64,000 nt of DNA, from positions 2,491 to 66,490 of the forward strand of contig CBFIJH010000012.1 of assembly GCA_965662895.1 (NCBI GenBank), in the 5' to 3' direction. Made by a program: the position numbers and the translations under genes. Positions 10,996-19,311 of the stretch are shown in pieces (positions within the stretch are counted from its first letter, which is position 1; every line of letters starts with the position of its first letter). Below the pieces are notes generated by a model. That model was not told where the DNA came from, searched no databases, and saw only the letters and a list, made by a program, of their open reading frames with translations. Source of the DNA: Candidatus Poseidoniaceae archaeon. Its GTDB lineage: Archaea > Thermoplasmatota > Poseidoniia > Poseidoniales > Poseidoniaceae.

Positions 10996-11043
10996 CCAAC
11001 TTCACCCCGCAAAGCCCTCAACGTTGTGCTGCGGCGCAGTAGG

Positions 11044-11117
11044 CGGGCCCGACGGGGTTCGAACCCGCGACCATCGGGTTAAAAGCCCGACGCTCTACCT
11101 GACTGAGCTACAGGCCC
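11044..11117 (-). tRNA. tRNA-Lys (anticodon UUU)
   Basis: Reverse complement GGGCCTGTAGCTCAGTCAGGTAGAGCGTCGGGCTTTTAACCCGATGGTCGCGGGTTCGAACCCCGTCGGGCCCG forms a cloverleaf with anticodon loop CT-TTT-AA. Confidence 0.96.
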
Positions 11118-11246
11118 AACGTTGCATCTTGGGCTTTCATTCCGAACTACCCCCCATTCTTATACTTTACCGATTCCAACACTCACATCGTTCGATAGAA
11201 GAAACGCTCATTTAGGTTCGGGTGTCAAGCAATTTTGAGCGTTGCT

Positions 11247-12665
11247 ATGTTCAATTCAGAAGATGCACTCAACGAGATCAAATTTCTTGACAGAAAAGAG
11301 TCGAACATCCACCAATGGAATTCGCTGAAACTAACTGTCCCTCCGACAGTCTATCCTCCAAGAGAAGATACACAACTTCTCTATGATGTTCTCAAATCCT
11401 TGAAACCATTTGGCTCAAACAGACTTTTGGAAATCGGGTCAGGTTCAGGTGCCCTTGCTCTATCCGCTGCGAAGCGTGGGTGGTCGGTTGATGCTTGCGA
11501 CGTGAACCCATATGCTGTTGCCGCGACGCGTTTGAATGCTCGTGAAGCCCAACTCGAAGTTCATGTCATCGAAGGAGGAGTCGGTCCTGAACACGAGAAC
11601 TGGATGAATGACGGATTAAGCTTCGGTGCGTACGACATGGTCATCTGGAACATGCCCTACATTCCTGCAAATGAGATCAAGGAGCACCATTTGGGCCCGA
11701 TGGAGGAAGCTGCGCTCATCGATACTCATCCTGAAGGATTGCTCAGCGTCTTTGCAAAACGTATGGCATCAAACCGTATGTGCAAATTGGACGGAATTGC
11801 GTTGCTCGTCTGCCGGGGACATGTTGGATGGAAACGTAGTGTGGATGTTCTGCGCCAACACGGTCTTGCTGCACGAATTGTTTCGTCCGAAACGTTTGGT
11901 GATCAAGAAACGATTAATGTCATCGCAACATGGATGCCCTTTGTTTCCTCAAAGCATCATATCATGGCTGAGATTGACTCAACAAACAAGGAAATGTTGC
12001 TAGGCTCTTACAACGTGGGTGATTCCCTCATGGCTCGAAGACAGACGGACGGTCGAGGACGTCACGGGAACGATTGGGAAGACCATCCTGGCGCCTTCAA
12101 GTGCTCATGGCTTCTTGACCCAAAGTTTCTGACCGAAATCAACCCGCTACGCCAACTCCAAGTTGCTCAGGAGGTTCACGCAGTTTTCCAACTAAAGGAG
12201 AATCATGCAAACCAAACGATTGTCAAATGGCCGAACGATCTCTTAATCCGTTCACAGCAGGAGGAGAAATGGAGGAAGTACGGAGGCCTTCTGTTCCAAT
12301 CTTATTCCAAAGGAAAGATACAGAAACTGGTTCTTGGTGTTGGAATCAATACCCAGATGGAAACACTCAGCCTTGGCCAAGGGGCGCTTGAAGAAACCGG
12401 CATTCGACACACAAGCACAGAACTTTTCCCGATTCTCAATGCAGTCGTGGCCTCAATCTTTGAACAGAAACACCCATCATTGAGAAAACGTTTCGATGAG
12501 ACCTATACCTCTAAATTCTTACTCAATTCATGCATCTATAGAGGGGAAAGTTACACAGTAATCGATGTTTTACCGAACGCGTTGGTGCTCCAAAACAGGG
12601 TAGGCGTGAATGTGACTGTTGAAGACGATGAACATATTGAATGGGTCAATCTTCATCCGCAATAA
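11247..12665 (+). CDS. Fusion of a HemK/PrmC-like SAM methyltransferase and a biotin-protein ligase (BPL) domain
   Basis: N-half: VYPPREDTQLL, LLEIGSGSG, VIWNMPY. C-half: IDSTN, QTDGRGRHGNDW, KWPNDLL, KYGGLL, LGVGIN. Confidence 0.85.
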   Translation: MFNSEDALNEIKFLDRKESNIHQWNSLKLTVPPTVYPPREDTQLLYDVLKSLKPFGSNRLLEIGSGSGALALSAAKRGWSVDACDVNPYAVAATRLNAREAQLEVHVIEGGVGPEHENWMNDGLSFGAYDMVIWNMPYIPANEIKEHHLGPMEEAALIDTHPEGLLSVFAKRMASNRMCKLDGIALLVCRGHVGWKRSVDVLRQHGLAARIVSSETFGDQETINVIATWMPFVSSKHHIMAEIDSTNKEMLLGSYNVGDSLMARRQTDGRGRHGNDWEDHPGAFKCSWLLDPKFLTEINPLRQLQVAQEVHAVFQLKENHANQTIVKWPNDLLIRSQQEEKWRKYGGLLFQSYSKGKIQKLVLGVGINTQMETLSLGQGALEETGIRHTSTELFPILNAVVASIFEQKHPSLRKRFDETYTSKFLLNSCIYRGESYTVIDVLPNALVLQNRVGVNVTVEDDEHIEWVNLHPQ

Positions 12666-13152
12666 TCGCATCGAGGACACCAGAATCCTTGGGCGATTCA
12701 TCGGCGTTTTTCTTGACAACACCGGCAGCAGTAATGAGGGCACCTAGAATGTAAGGCAGGTAATTGAGAAAGTACGCTCGTTGCAAATCGATGTCAATCT
12801 CTCCACCTGTATCCTCAGAAAGGGTGATCTTCCAGGACAATTGTCCACCTTGCGATTTGTACGTCACCTCTGCAGGGGTCGAATCGTCGGAAAGACGGTT
12901 TTCATCAAGAACCTCGACTCCGTCTTCGAACACTTCAATGCGGACGTCGGATTGATTGTCTGTCGTGACGGCTATTTCAAGAAGGTCGCCTGAAAATGTT
13001 CGAGAGTTTCCCTCCATAGGAGCATCGCCAGCATCAACCTTGGTTGGAAGATCCCACTCCTGGATAAACAACGTTCCAATTAACAGCGAAACTCCGATGA
13101 GTAATAGAACGTCTTCCAACTTCAACGGGGGCGCTGTCCCTCCACCGGCCAT
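12646..13152 (-). CDS. Hypothetical membrane protein (two TM helices flanking a soluble beta-rich domain)
   Basis: Hydrophobic LLLIGVSLLIGTLFI and YLPYILGALITAAGVV. Start taken at ATG 13152. Confidence 0.7.
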   Translation of the reverse strand: MAGGGTAPPLKLEDVLLLIGVSLLIGTLFIQEWDLPTKVDAGDAPMEGNSRTFSGDLLEIAVTTDNQSDVRIEVFEDGVEVLDENRLSDDSTPAEVTYKSQGGQLSWKITLSEDTGGEIDIDLQRAYFLNYLPYILGALITAAGVVKKNADESPKDSGVLDAIIADED

Positions 13153-13187
13153 GGAGCATCCAATTGAGCGAGGGTCAAAAGCGTGTC

Positions 13188-13553
13188 TTACCTTCTCGAA
13201 GGTTTTGGTAGGCACATTCGTTCACGAACGAGTCGTATCTTCCCTGAGGATGAGATTGAGGACAATCCCATGTCGTTCTCGGATTGAAGAATTGAGCGTA
13301 CTTCGTCGTAATCACGCAAAAGAACACATAGGATTGCAACGCCAACATCATCTGAGAGTTGACAGAAATCGCGTGATTTTTGAGCCTCTTGACTACCAGC
13401 GAGGTGGCAATCGTACACCTTTACACCGAACGTGGAAAGGTTGGATGAAGCTATGTAATCAAGCAGTTCTGATCTTGAACCAAGCGTTGAAGGGACAGTA
13501 ACGCCAATCCAGCGGCGTTTGGGCCGTTTGGCTTTGGAAACCTTTCCTCCCAT
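13188..13553 (-). CDS. RNase P protein, Rpp14/Pop5 family
   Basis: N-terminal RPKRRWI and C-terminal SSSGKIRLVRER resemble the Pop5 R-x-K-x-R-Y-I and SGTIK motifs. Confidence 0.7.
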   Translation of the reverse strand: MGGKVSKAKRPKRRWIGVTVPSTLGSRSELLDYIASSNLSTFGVKVYDCHLAGSQEAQKSRDFCQLSDDVGVAILCVLLRDYDEVRSILQSENDMGLSSISSSGKIRLVRERMCLPKPSRR

Positions 13554-13635
13554 GGTTCTCCATCCCACACTACCTCATGTAGGTATGGCATCAAATTTTG
13601 AACAGCCTTTAGAACCCAAGCCTCGACAGGCGGTC

Positions 13636-14928
13636 ATGGAGGAAACCAAGCCGTTGACCAAAATGTCACTGCTGAAGAGTTTGCTTTCACCTTCAACGTT
13701 TCCTCATTTGCTGATGTTGGCTGCAATCTCTGTGACATTTTTTGTTCTCGCAAGATTGGAAGCAGAAGTGTGGTCCGCGTATGGTTTCATTGCCTTCAGT
13801 CTTGCATACTTGCTTCTCGCACCTCTCTCAAAGAACGAACGCATGGGTGACATCCTTCGCTACAAGAACGAATCCAACGCAACGATGAAACAATCCATCC
13901 CCGCTCGATTGAAAGTCCTCCTATTACCACTCATCATTGGGTTTGTGTTGATTCTGTTTATTTTCCTCGTTTTTGGTGAAAATGGAGTTCTGTCTCAAGT
14001 AGGTTCGTTCTTACCGACCCTCCTCGGAAGTCTGTTTGTTGTCTGGGCAATCGCTCAAGGCCGTTTCTTTGGACTCGCTTCGATGAACGCCATCGTCGTG
14101 CCCGAAGAAGGCGAAGGCAATGCAGAAGGGTACTCTCCTTTGCCTTCGCTCATCATGACATCGACACTTGTGATCGTCATGACTTTCGCAGTAACGGAGG
14201 GTCTTCGATTCTTTTTAGGTAACACATCCTTCAACATCTGGCCTTACCTCTTTTCGTTTGCAGTGTACGGAATTTGCATCTATGTCACATGGGGTCAGCG
14301 AAAGCAAGCATCGATGCATTCTGCCACGCATTCCGTGGCAAGAAAGTGGTTTTGGGCAACCCAATTGTTCATCACTTGGCACGTTTTGAGCATATACCGT
14401 AGTATCGATAGTGCATCGACCGACACGCTGATTTTCATCGAAGAATTGCTCCTGATGATCGTGACCGTCTTCCTCGCAATTTGGGCACTTACAAGCAAAG
14501 GAGAGGGGTCGGAGTCGACACTCTTCACCCGAGAGAACGCACTCTTTTGGGGCGTAGCGTTTGGGTATGCGTATGCTGGAAGTGTCGCAATGATCACGTC
14601 CGTCATGGACGATGTTCGAACCGTTCTCATCGGTGGCCACATCCTCGTTGTTGTAACGGTCATCTGGTCGCAGCGAACCATGCTTGAGGATAAGACACAA
14701 CGCATCAACAGCGATCGAGAAATCGTCGAATCCGTCGGGAAATTACCGATTTATGACGAACCCCCATCCGAACAACAAATCGATGCTGACACCATTTCAG
14801 ATTCATCGCCTCCTGAAGAAGCAAAGAGTTCAGAATCGAGCATCGGCGATCCCGTTGATTGGAATCAAACACCAGAAGCGCTTGGTGATGAAACCGAATG
14901 GGACGATGAAATCGAATTGCTTGATTAA
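13636..14928 (+). CDS. Multi-pass membrane protein with an acidic C-terminal tail
   Basis: About 10 hydrophobic segments and the tail EWDDEIELLD. No family recognised. Confidence 0.75.
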   Translation: MEETKPLTKMSLLKSLLSPSTFPHLLMLAAISVTFFVLARLEAEVWSAYGFIAFSLAYLLLAPLSKNERMGDILRYKNESNATMKQSIPARLKVLLLPLIIGFVLILFIFLVFGENGVLSQVGSFLPTLLGSLFVVWAIAQGRFFGLASMNAIVVPEEGEGNAEGYSPLPSLIMTSTLVIVMTFAVTEGLRFFLGNTSFNIWPYLFSFAVYGICIYVTWGQRKQASMHSATHSVARKWFWATQLFITWHVLSIYRSIDSASTDTLIFIEELLLMIVTVFLAIWALTSKGEGSESTLFTRENALFWGVAFGYAYAGSVAMITSVMDDVRTVLIGGHILVVVTVIWSQRTMLEDKTQRINSDREIVESVGKLPIYDEPPSEQQIDADTISDSSPPEEAKSSESSIGDPVDWNQTPEALGDETEWDDEIELLD

Positions 14929-15833
14929 TCCTCATCGATGCCGGACAGAAGCATCACAATTCGAATGGTTCCTTCCAAATCCGGAGAAACACGTGCCCCG
15001 AGAATGACTTGAGCATCGGCATCGACTGCGGATGTCAACGCTGTTGCAATTTCATCAACTTGGCCGATGGTCAGCCCCATTCCGCCCTCGATTTGAAGCA
15101 GGCATCCCTTCGCTCCTGCGACGTTCATGGGTGCCAAAGGTGCTTTTATTGTAGCTTCGTACAATTCTTGCAATTGGTCATGCCGTCCTGTACCAACCAA
15201 CATTGTCGATGCGCCTTGATGTTGAAGAATCGCTCGCAAATCCATGAGATCAAGATTGATGAGTCCCATCGAAAGAAGGGTGCGAACCAATCCATCGATG
15301 AGGTCCTCAACCCATTCCGAGCCCATATTCCAATCCTTTCCACGATCTCGGGCTTGTCGAGCAAGTCGTTCAAGAGAAAGTTGTACGCAAACGTCGGAGT
15401 GGTGATCAAGTCGTTGGATTTCGGCCTCAGCGATTCGCTTCCTCGCAGGTTGATGCCCAAACGGTAGGGCTGCTATTGAGAGGACTGTTGCCCCGTGAAG
15501 TTTGGCTTGTCGAGCAAATTCATGCGATGCACCTGTTCCTGTACCGCCACCAAGGCCTGCGACAATAATAACCAATTCAGCCTGTTCAAGAAATGGTCGA
15601 GTTCGAGTGCTCAGACTCCGCATTCTTTGTTCGGCTAGGGGGGGTAGAGCAGCACACCCCAACGCATCCAAAGTGTGACCAAGTCGAATGATGTTCGCCC
15701 CGTCGACCTCTGGAAATCGGTCATCTGCATCGAGCATTAGCAACGACGCACCACCGCCGCGTTGGTGAGCCCTGGCTGCCCAAGTACAACCAAGCCCACC
15801 GATTCCGGTGACGAGGATTTGGGTTGACTCCAT
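14925..15833 (-). CDS. Divergent FtsZ/tubulin-family GTPase
   Basis: GIGGLG, signature AGLGGGTGTG, ALPF, LINLDLMDL (T7), VILGA, IRIVMLLSGI. Confidence 0.85.
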   Translation of the reverse strand: MESTQILVTGIGGLGCTWAARAHQRGGGASLLMLDADDRFPEVDGANIIRLGHTLDALGCAALPPLAEQRMRSLSTRTRPFLEQAELVIIVAGLGGGTGTGASHEFARQAKLHGATVLSIAALPFGHQPARKRIAEAEIQRLDHHSDVCVQLSLERLARQARDRGKDWNMGSEWVEDLIDGLVRTLLSMGLINLDLMDLRAILQHQGASTMLVGTGRHDQLQELYEATIKAPLAPMNVAGAKGCLLQIEGGMGLTIGQVDEIATALTSAVDADAQVILGARVSPDLEGTIRIVMLLSGIDED

Positions 15834-15868
15834 GAAAGGCCCTTTGTCAGAACGCCCTTGAACTTACC

Positions 15869-16171
15869 TTACTTTTCTACAAAGCGCATGTAACGCCGGC
15901 GGGCGTCTCGGGCCCAAGCGTTGTCGGGTTCGAGATACAAAACCTTGTCATAATACGAAACGGCTGTTTCAAATTCAGAGAGATGTCGGCCGTAAAGATG
16001 TCCAAGATTCGACAACACGGGTATGCATTCCTCGTCTTCTTCGAGCATACTCAGCAGCAGGCGTTCAGCTGCACCGAGATCATTTCTGAGCATCAAATCC
16101 TCGGCTTCATCCAAGCGTTCGAGTTGCGATGTTGAGAGGTCGTAGATGTTGTCGAACGGTGTTTCCGCCAT
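15869..16171 (-). CDS. Small TPR-repeat protein
   Basis: VLSNLGHLY...AVSYYDKVLYLEPDNAWA matches the TPR consensus. Confidence 0.75.
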   Translation of the reverse strand: MAETPFDNIYDLSTSQLERLDEAEDLMLRNDLGAAERLLLSMLEEDEECIPVLSNLGHLYGRHLSEFETAVSYYDKVLYLEPDNAWARDARRRYMRFVEK

Positions 16172-16314
16172 GGAGTTGCTACACAGGGAAATCAAATGAA
16201 TTCTTGCCTTGTTAGTTTTTGGGCGGAAAACGGTACACTGCAAAGCATTATTCTTGCGTTTGACTGACAATGTTTAAGGGGTCCTTCTAAGTCGAAAGCC
16301 CATAGGGTGTAGCC

Positions 16315-17127
16315 ATGCTGACAACCTCGTCCACAAAACGCCGCACCATTGTCGTTGCAGTGTTGCTTCTTTTGCTGTTGCCCGGCCTCGCGACATCGCT
16401 CCCTACTGGAATCGGTGGCCAACAGAACGACATCGATGATGTTGCCAAAGAAGGATGTCTTTGCCATAATGCTGCGCCCTCCAACAACGTCCAGGTCATT
16501 TTGGACAGCGTTCCGTACGCCTGGACACCAGGTGAAACCTACGATTTGCAACTGCACATTATCGGTGGACCCGCTGCTGGCGGCCAATACTCTGCTGGAT
16601 TTTCAATGCGCGTCTCAGGCGGTGAACTCGGCGGAATCGGGGTCGACAATTGGGAAGGAGATCTCGAATCCCTCACGCACACCTCCGCATCCGCCGCCGA
16701 ATCCGACCGAATGTGGGATATCACATGGACTGCACCATCCGAAGGAGAGGGAACCGTCACGTTCTGGATCACAGGGAACAGCGTCAACGGAGACGGTGGC
16801 CTCGGCAACGTCATCGAAGACATGTGGAATCAACTCACCTTCGCTCTCGTTGAAGGCGATGAAGACAGTCTTGCAAGAGGGACACGAACCGTCTTTGCGG
16901 GCGACGGCGATGTCGCCCCCCCAGAACCTGAATCACATGGTGCTGATTTGCACCACATGGGTGCAAAGTTGCGTGCCCACTGGCTCGGCCTGTTAGGCTT
17001 CGGAGCCGTCATCATGTGCGTTGTTTTTGCAGGATTGATGCTCCGCTATGGATTCTCAACATCTTACGAAGGACGGAGCAATCAATTGCGACTCCGCTAC
17101 AAACTCATGCGAAGAGGTGATCAATGA
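16315..17127 (+). CDS. Exported Reeler/choice-of-anchor-V-like beta-sandwich protein with a CxCH motif and a C-terminal TM anchor; first gene of the Rieske/cyt b operon
   Basis: Signal peptide, GCLCH, WTPGETYDL, WDITWTAP...VTFWITGNSVNGDG, TM helix WLGLLGFGAVIMCVVFAGLML. Confidence 0.75.
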   Translation: MLTTSSTKRRTIVVAVLLLLLLPGLATSLPTGIGGQQNDIDDVAKEGCLCHNAAPSNNVQVILDSVPYAWTPGETYDLQLHIIGGPAAGGQYSAGFSMRVSGGELGGIGVDNWEGDLESLTHTSASAAESDRMWDITWTAPSEGEGTVTFWITGNSVNGDGGLGNVIEDMWNQLTFALVEGDEDSLARGTRTVFAGDGDVAPPEPESHGADLHHMGAKLRAHWLGLLGFGAVIMCVVFAGLMLRYGFSTSYEGRSNQLRLRYKLMRRGDQ

Positions 17128-17573
17128 TGTACGATGACACAATCAACAATTTGCTCAAGGGCGTTGCAGATGGTTCGATCTCCGTCAAAGACGCACGCAA
17201 TGCGCTCGAAGGCGTTGAGTTAACCGAAGCACAGATGGACGAAGCAATCAATCACGGCGTTCACGATGTTGCCGAATCTGGAACCATTGTAAGCGCAAGC
17301 CTCGCTCCTTCCGGAGGCTCCTATCTCACGATGTTCTTCTTTGCTTGGGGCATCTTCTGGGCATGCTATTGGGCTTTTTCTCTCATCTATGGGCTCGCCA
17401 AGAGCTGGGACCAGCAGCAACTGGCCTTCCACCTTGCTATGACGCTAACAACGCTCATTCTCATGGGTGTCATCTACCTCAAATACATCCTACCAGACAC
17501 CATCATCGTCAAACATTCTCAAAACAAATACGTCCCTGAGCATGCCAAGGATTGGAAGGAGTACAAGTGGTGA
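17124..17573 (+). CDS. Two-TM membrane protein, putative accessory subunit of the Rieske/cyt b complex
   Basis: ATGA-coupled to the upstream gene. Two hydrophobic helices. Confidence 0.7.
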   Translation: MMYDDTINNLLKGVADGSISVKDARNALEGVELTEAQMDEAINHGVHDVAESGTIVSASLAPSGGSYLTMFFFAWGIFWACYWAFSLIYGLAKSWDQQQLAFHLAMTLTTLILMGVIYLKYILPDTIIVKHSQNKYVPEHAKDWKEYKW

Positions 17574-17578
17574 TACCA

Positions 17579-18421
17579 ATGGCGAAAGATTACAACCTCT
17601 TTGTTCCCGAAGTAAAAGACAGCAAGGCGAATGCTGGTGAAACTGTCATCAATCGACGACAATTCCTACGCTATGGTTTCAATACCACTGCAGGTGTTCT
17701 GGCTGCTTCACTCGGGGTGCTTGGCTTTGCAGCAATTCTTCTCCCTCCAGGAGGAGGTTCAGCAGGAGACCTGTCTGTGAAATTCTGGGCCAAAGGGCGA
17801 GAAGACACAGCGTGGTACGGTGCAAAGCACCTCCAAACGATGACAAAAGCAGACTTCGTTGCTGAGGCAGCGAATTCCAACACAGGAACAGCAGGTGCCT
17901 CAGGCGTATGGAACGGTGTTCCAGTTGTTGTCACCTATGTTGAAGATTCAAAATGGCAAGGCTCCCCTAGCGACAACAACAAGGCGCGATTCCAGATGAT
18001 GGAGGGTTACGACGAATCTGGAAAATACATTGGTCACTTTGAAGACATGGTTGCAATGGATGAGCGAATTTACCCCTCTGATGATTTGATCATGGTTTTC
18101 GGGCGATGCACGCACCTTTGCTGCATTCCTGGGTGGCAACTCGTATCCAATTCCTACACCGACGATTCGTGGACTCCTGGAGGAACCGACGATGGAGGAA
18201 CCAAATTGTTCTGCATCTGCCACTCTTCTCGTTTCGATACGACTGCTTTGGAGATGAACACCAATCGTAACCGTTCAAACGGTGCGACGTTTACCTATGC
18301 CGGTGTCCGCAAAGCCGGAGGACCTGCACCTGTAGGACTCCCGCTCATCCCTATCGTACTGAACAATGATGTGGTTGAAGGCATAACCGACTACGTCGAT
18401 TGGTTGACGTATTGTGACTGA
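17579..18421 (+). CDS. Rieske [2Fe-2S] protein with a Tat-type anchor (PetC/QcrA-like)
   Basis: NRRQFLRYG plus a TM helix; box 1 CTHLCC; box 2 CICHSSRFD; GGPAPVGL. Confidence 0.92.
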   Translation: MAKDYNLFVPEVKDSKANAGETVINRRQFLRYGFNTTAGVLAASLGVLGFAAILLPPGGGSAGDLSVKFWAKGREDTAWYGAKHLQTMTKADFVAEAANSNTGTAGASGVWNGVPVVVTYVEDSKWQGSPSDNNKARFQMMEGYDESGKYIGHFEDMVAMDERIYPSDDLIMVFGRCTHLCCIPGWQLVSNSYTDDSWTPGGTDDGGTKLFCICHSSRFDTTALEMNTNRNRSNGATFTYAGVRKAGGPAPVGLPLIPIVLNNDVVEGITDYVDWLTYCD

Positions 18422-18430
18422 GGTGATGAA

Positions 18431-19297
18431 ATGACGACAATGTTCTGGATTCTTTGGTTTTTCATTGCCTTCATTATCGTTCTCGTGGCTTTCACACTCC
18501 GTAAGGAGACTGAGGAAATGCCTCGCCGTGAAATTCTTCGTGCTGTTGAATCAACGGGTGGGATGGGCATCTCGGAACGTGCCTTCTTGTGGGTGTTTTC
18601 GTGGATGGATACGCGATTCCGTATCCAAGACTATTGGAACATGTCCAAAGGAGCATACTACAACATGCACCGTCAGATGCCGCTAACGCACGCTGAAAAG
18701 TACAAACTGCGCATCATTTGGTATTGGTATCCATTGTACTGCTTGGGCGGCATCTCGTTCCTAAGTTTCATCATTCTTGTCTTGACGGGCACAATTCTTG
18801 GCATCTATTACGTTCCAGGGGGCGAAGGTGATCCTTCTCCTGCGTATGCCTCAATGGAATTTATCATGTTGGAATTACCGTTTGGTTACATCATTCGTGC
18901 TGTGCATCATTGGGGAACTCACTTCATGGTTGCATCTGTGTTTTTGCACATGTGCCGGGTATATTTCACGGGCGCTTATCGAAACCCTCGAGAACTGAAC
19001 TGGCTTATTGGTGTCGCATTGATGGCATTAACCATCGTCTTCGGTTACTCCGGCTATCTTCTGCCTTGGGACAGTCTGGCTTACGGTGCAGCGGTTATTG
19101 GAATCAACCTCGCCAATTCCTCACCACTGATTGGAAAGTACATCGCTACGCTCTTGTTCGGTGGTTCATCTCTCACACCTCGAACGGTTACACGGATGTA
19201 CTTCATCCACGTCTTTATCTTACCAGTGATTGTGACAACATTGATCATCATTCACTTGTTTATTGTTTGGGTACAAGGAATCGCGGAGCCGCATTGA
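18431..19297 (+). CDS. petB: Cytochrome b6-type subunit (split cytochrome b, N-terminal part)
   Basis: YCLGGISF; heme ligands in RAVHHW...FLHMCRVY and FIHVF...IIHL; PRELNW, GYLLPWD; C-terminal QGIAEPH. Confidence 0.92.
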   Translation: MTTMFWILWFFIAFIIVLVAFTLRKETEEMPRREILRAVESTGGMGISERAFLWVFSWMDTRFRIQDYWNMSKGAYYNMHRQMPLTHAEKYKLRIIWYWYPLYCLGGISFLSFIILVLTGTILGIYYVPGGEGDPSPAYASMEFIMLELPFGYIIRAVHHWGTHFMVASVFLHMCRVYFTGAYRNPRELNWLIGVALMALTIVFGYSGYLLPWDSLAYGAAVIGINLANSSPLIGKYIATLLFGGSSLTPRTVTRMYFIHVFILPVIVTTLIIIHLFIVWVQGIAEPH

Positions 19298-19311
19298 TCG
19301 GAGGAATTTGA

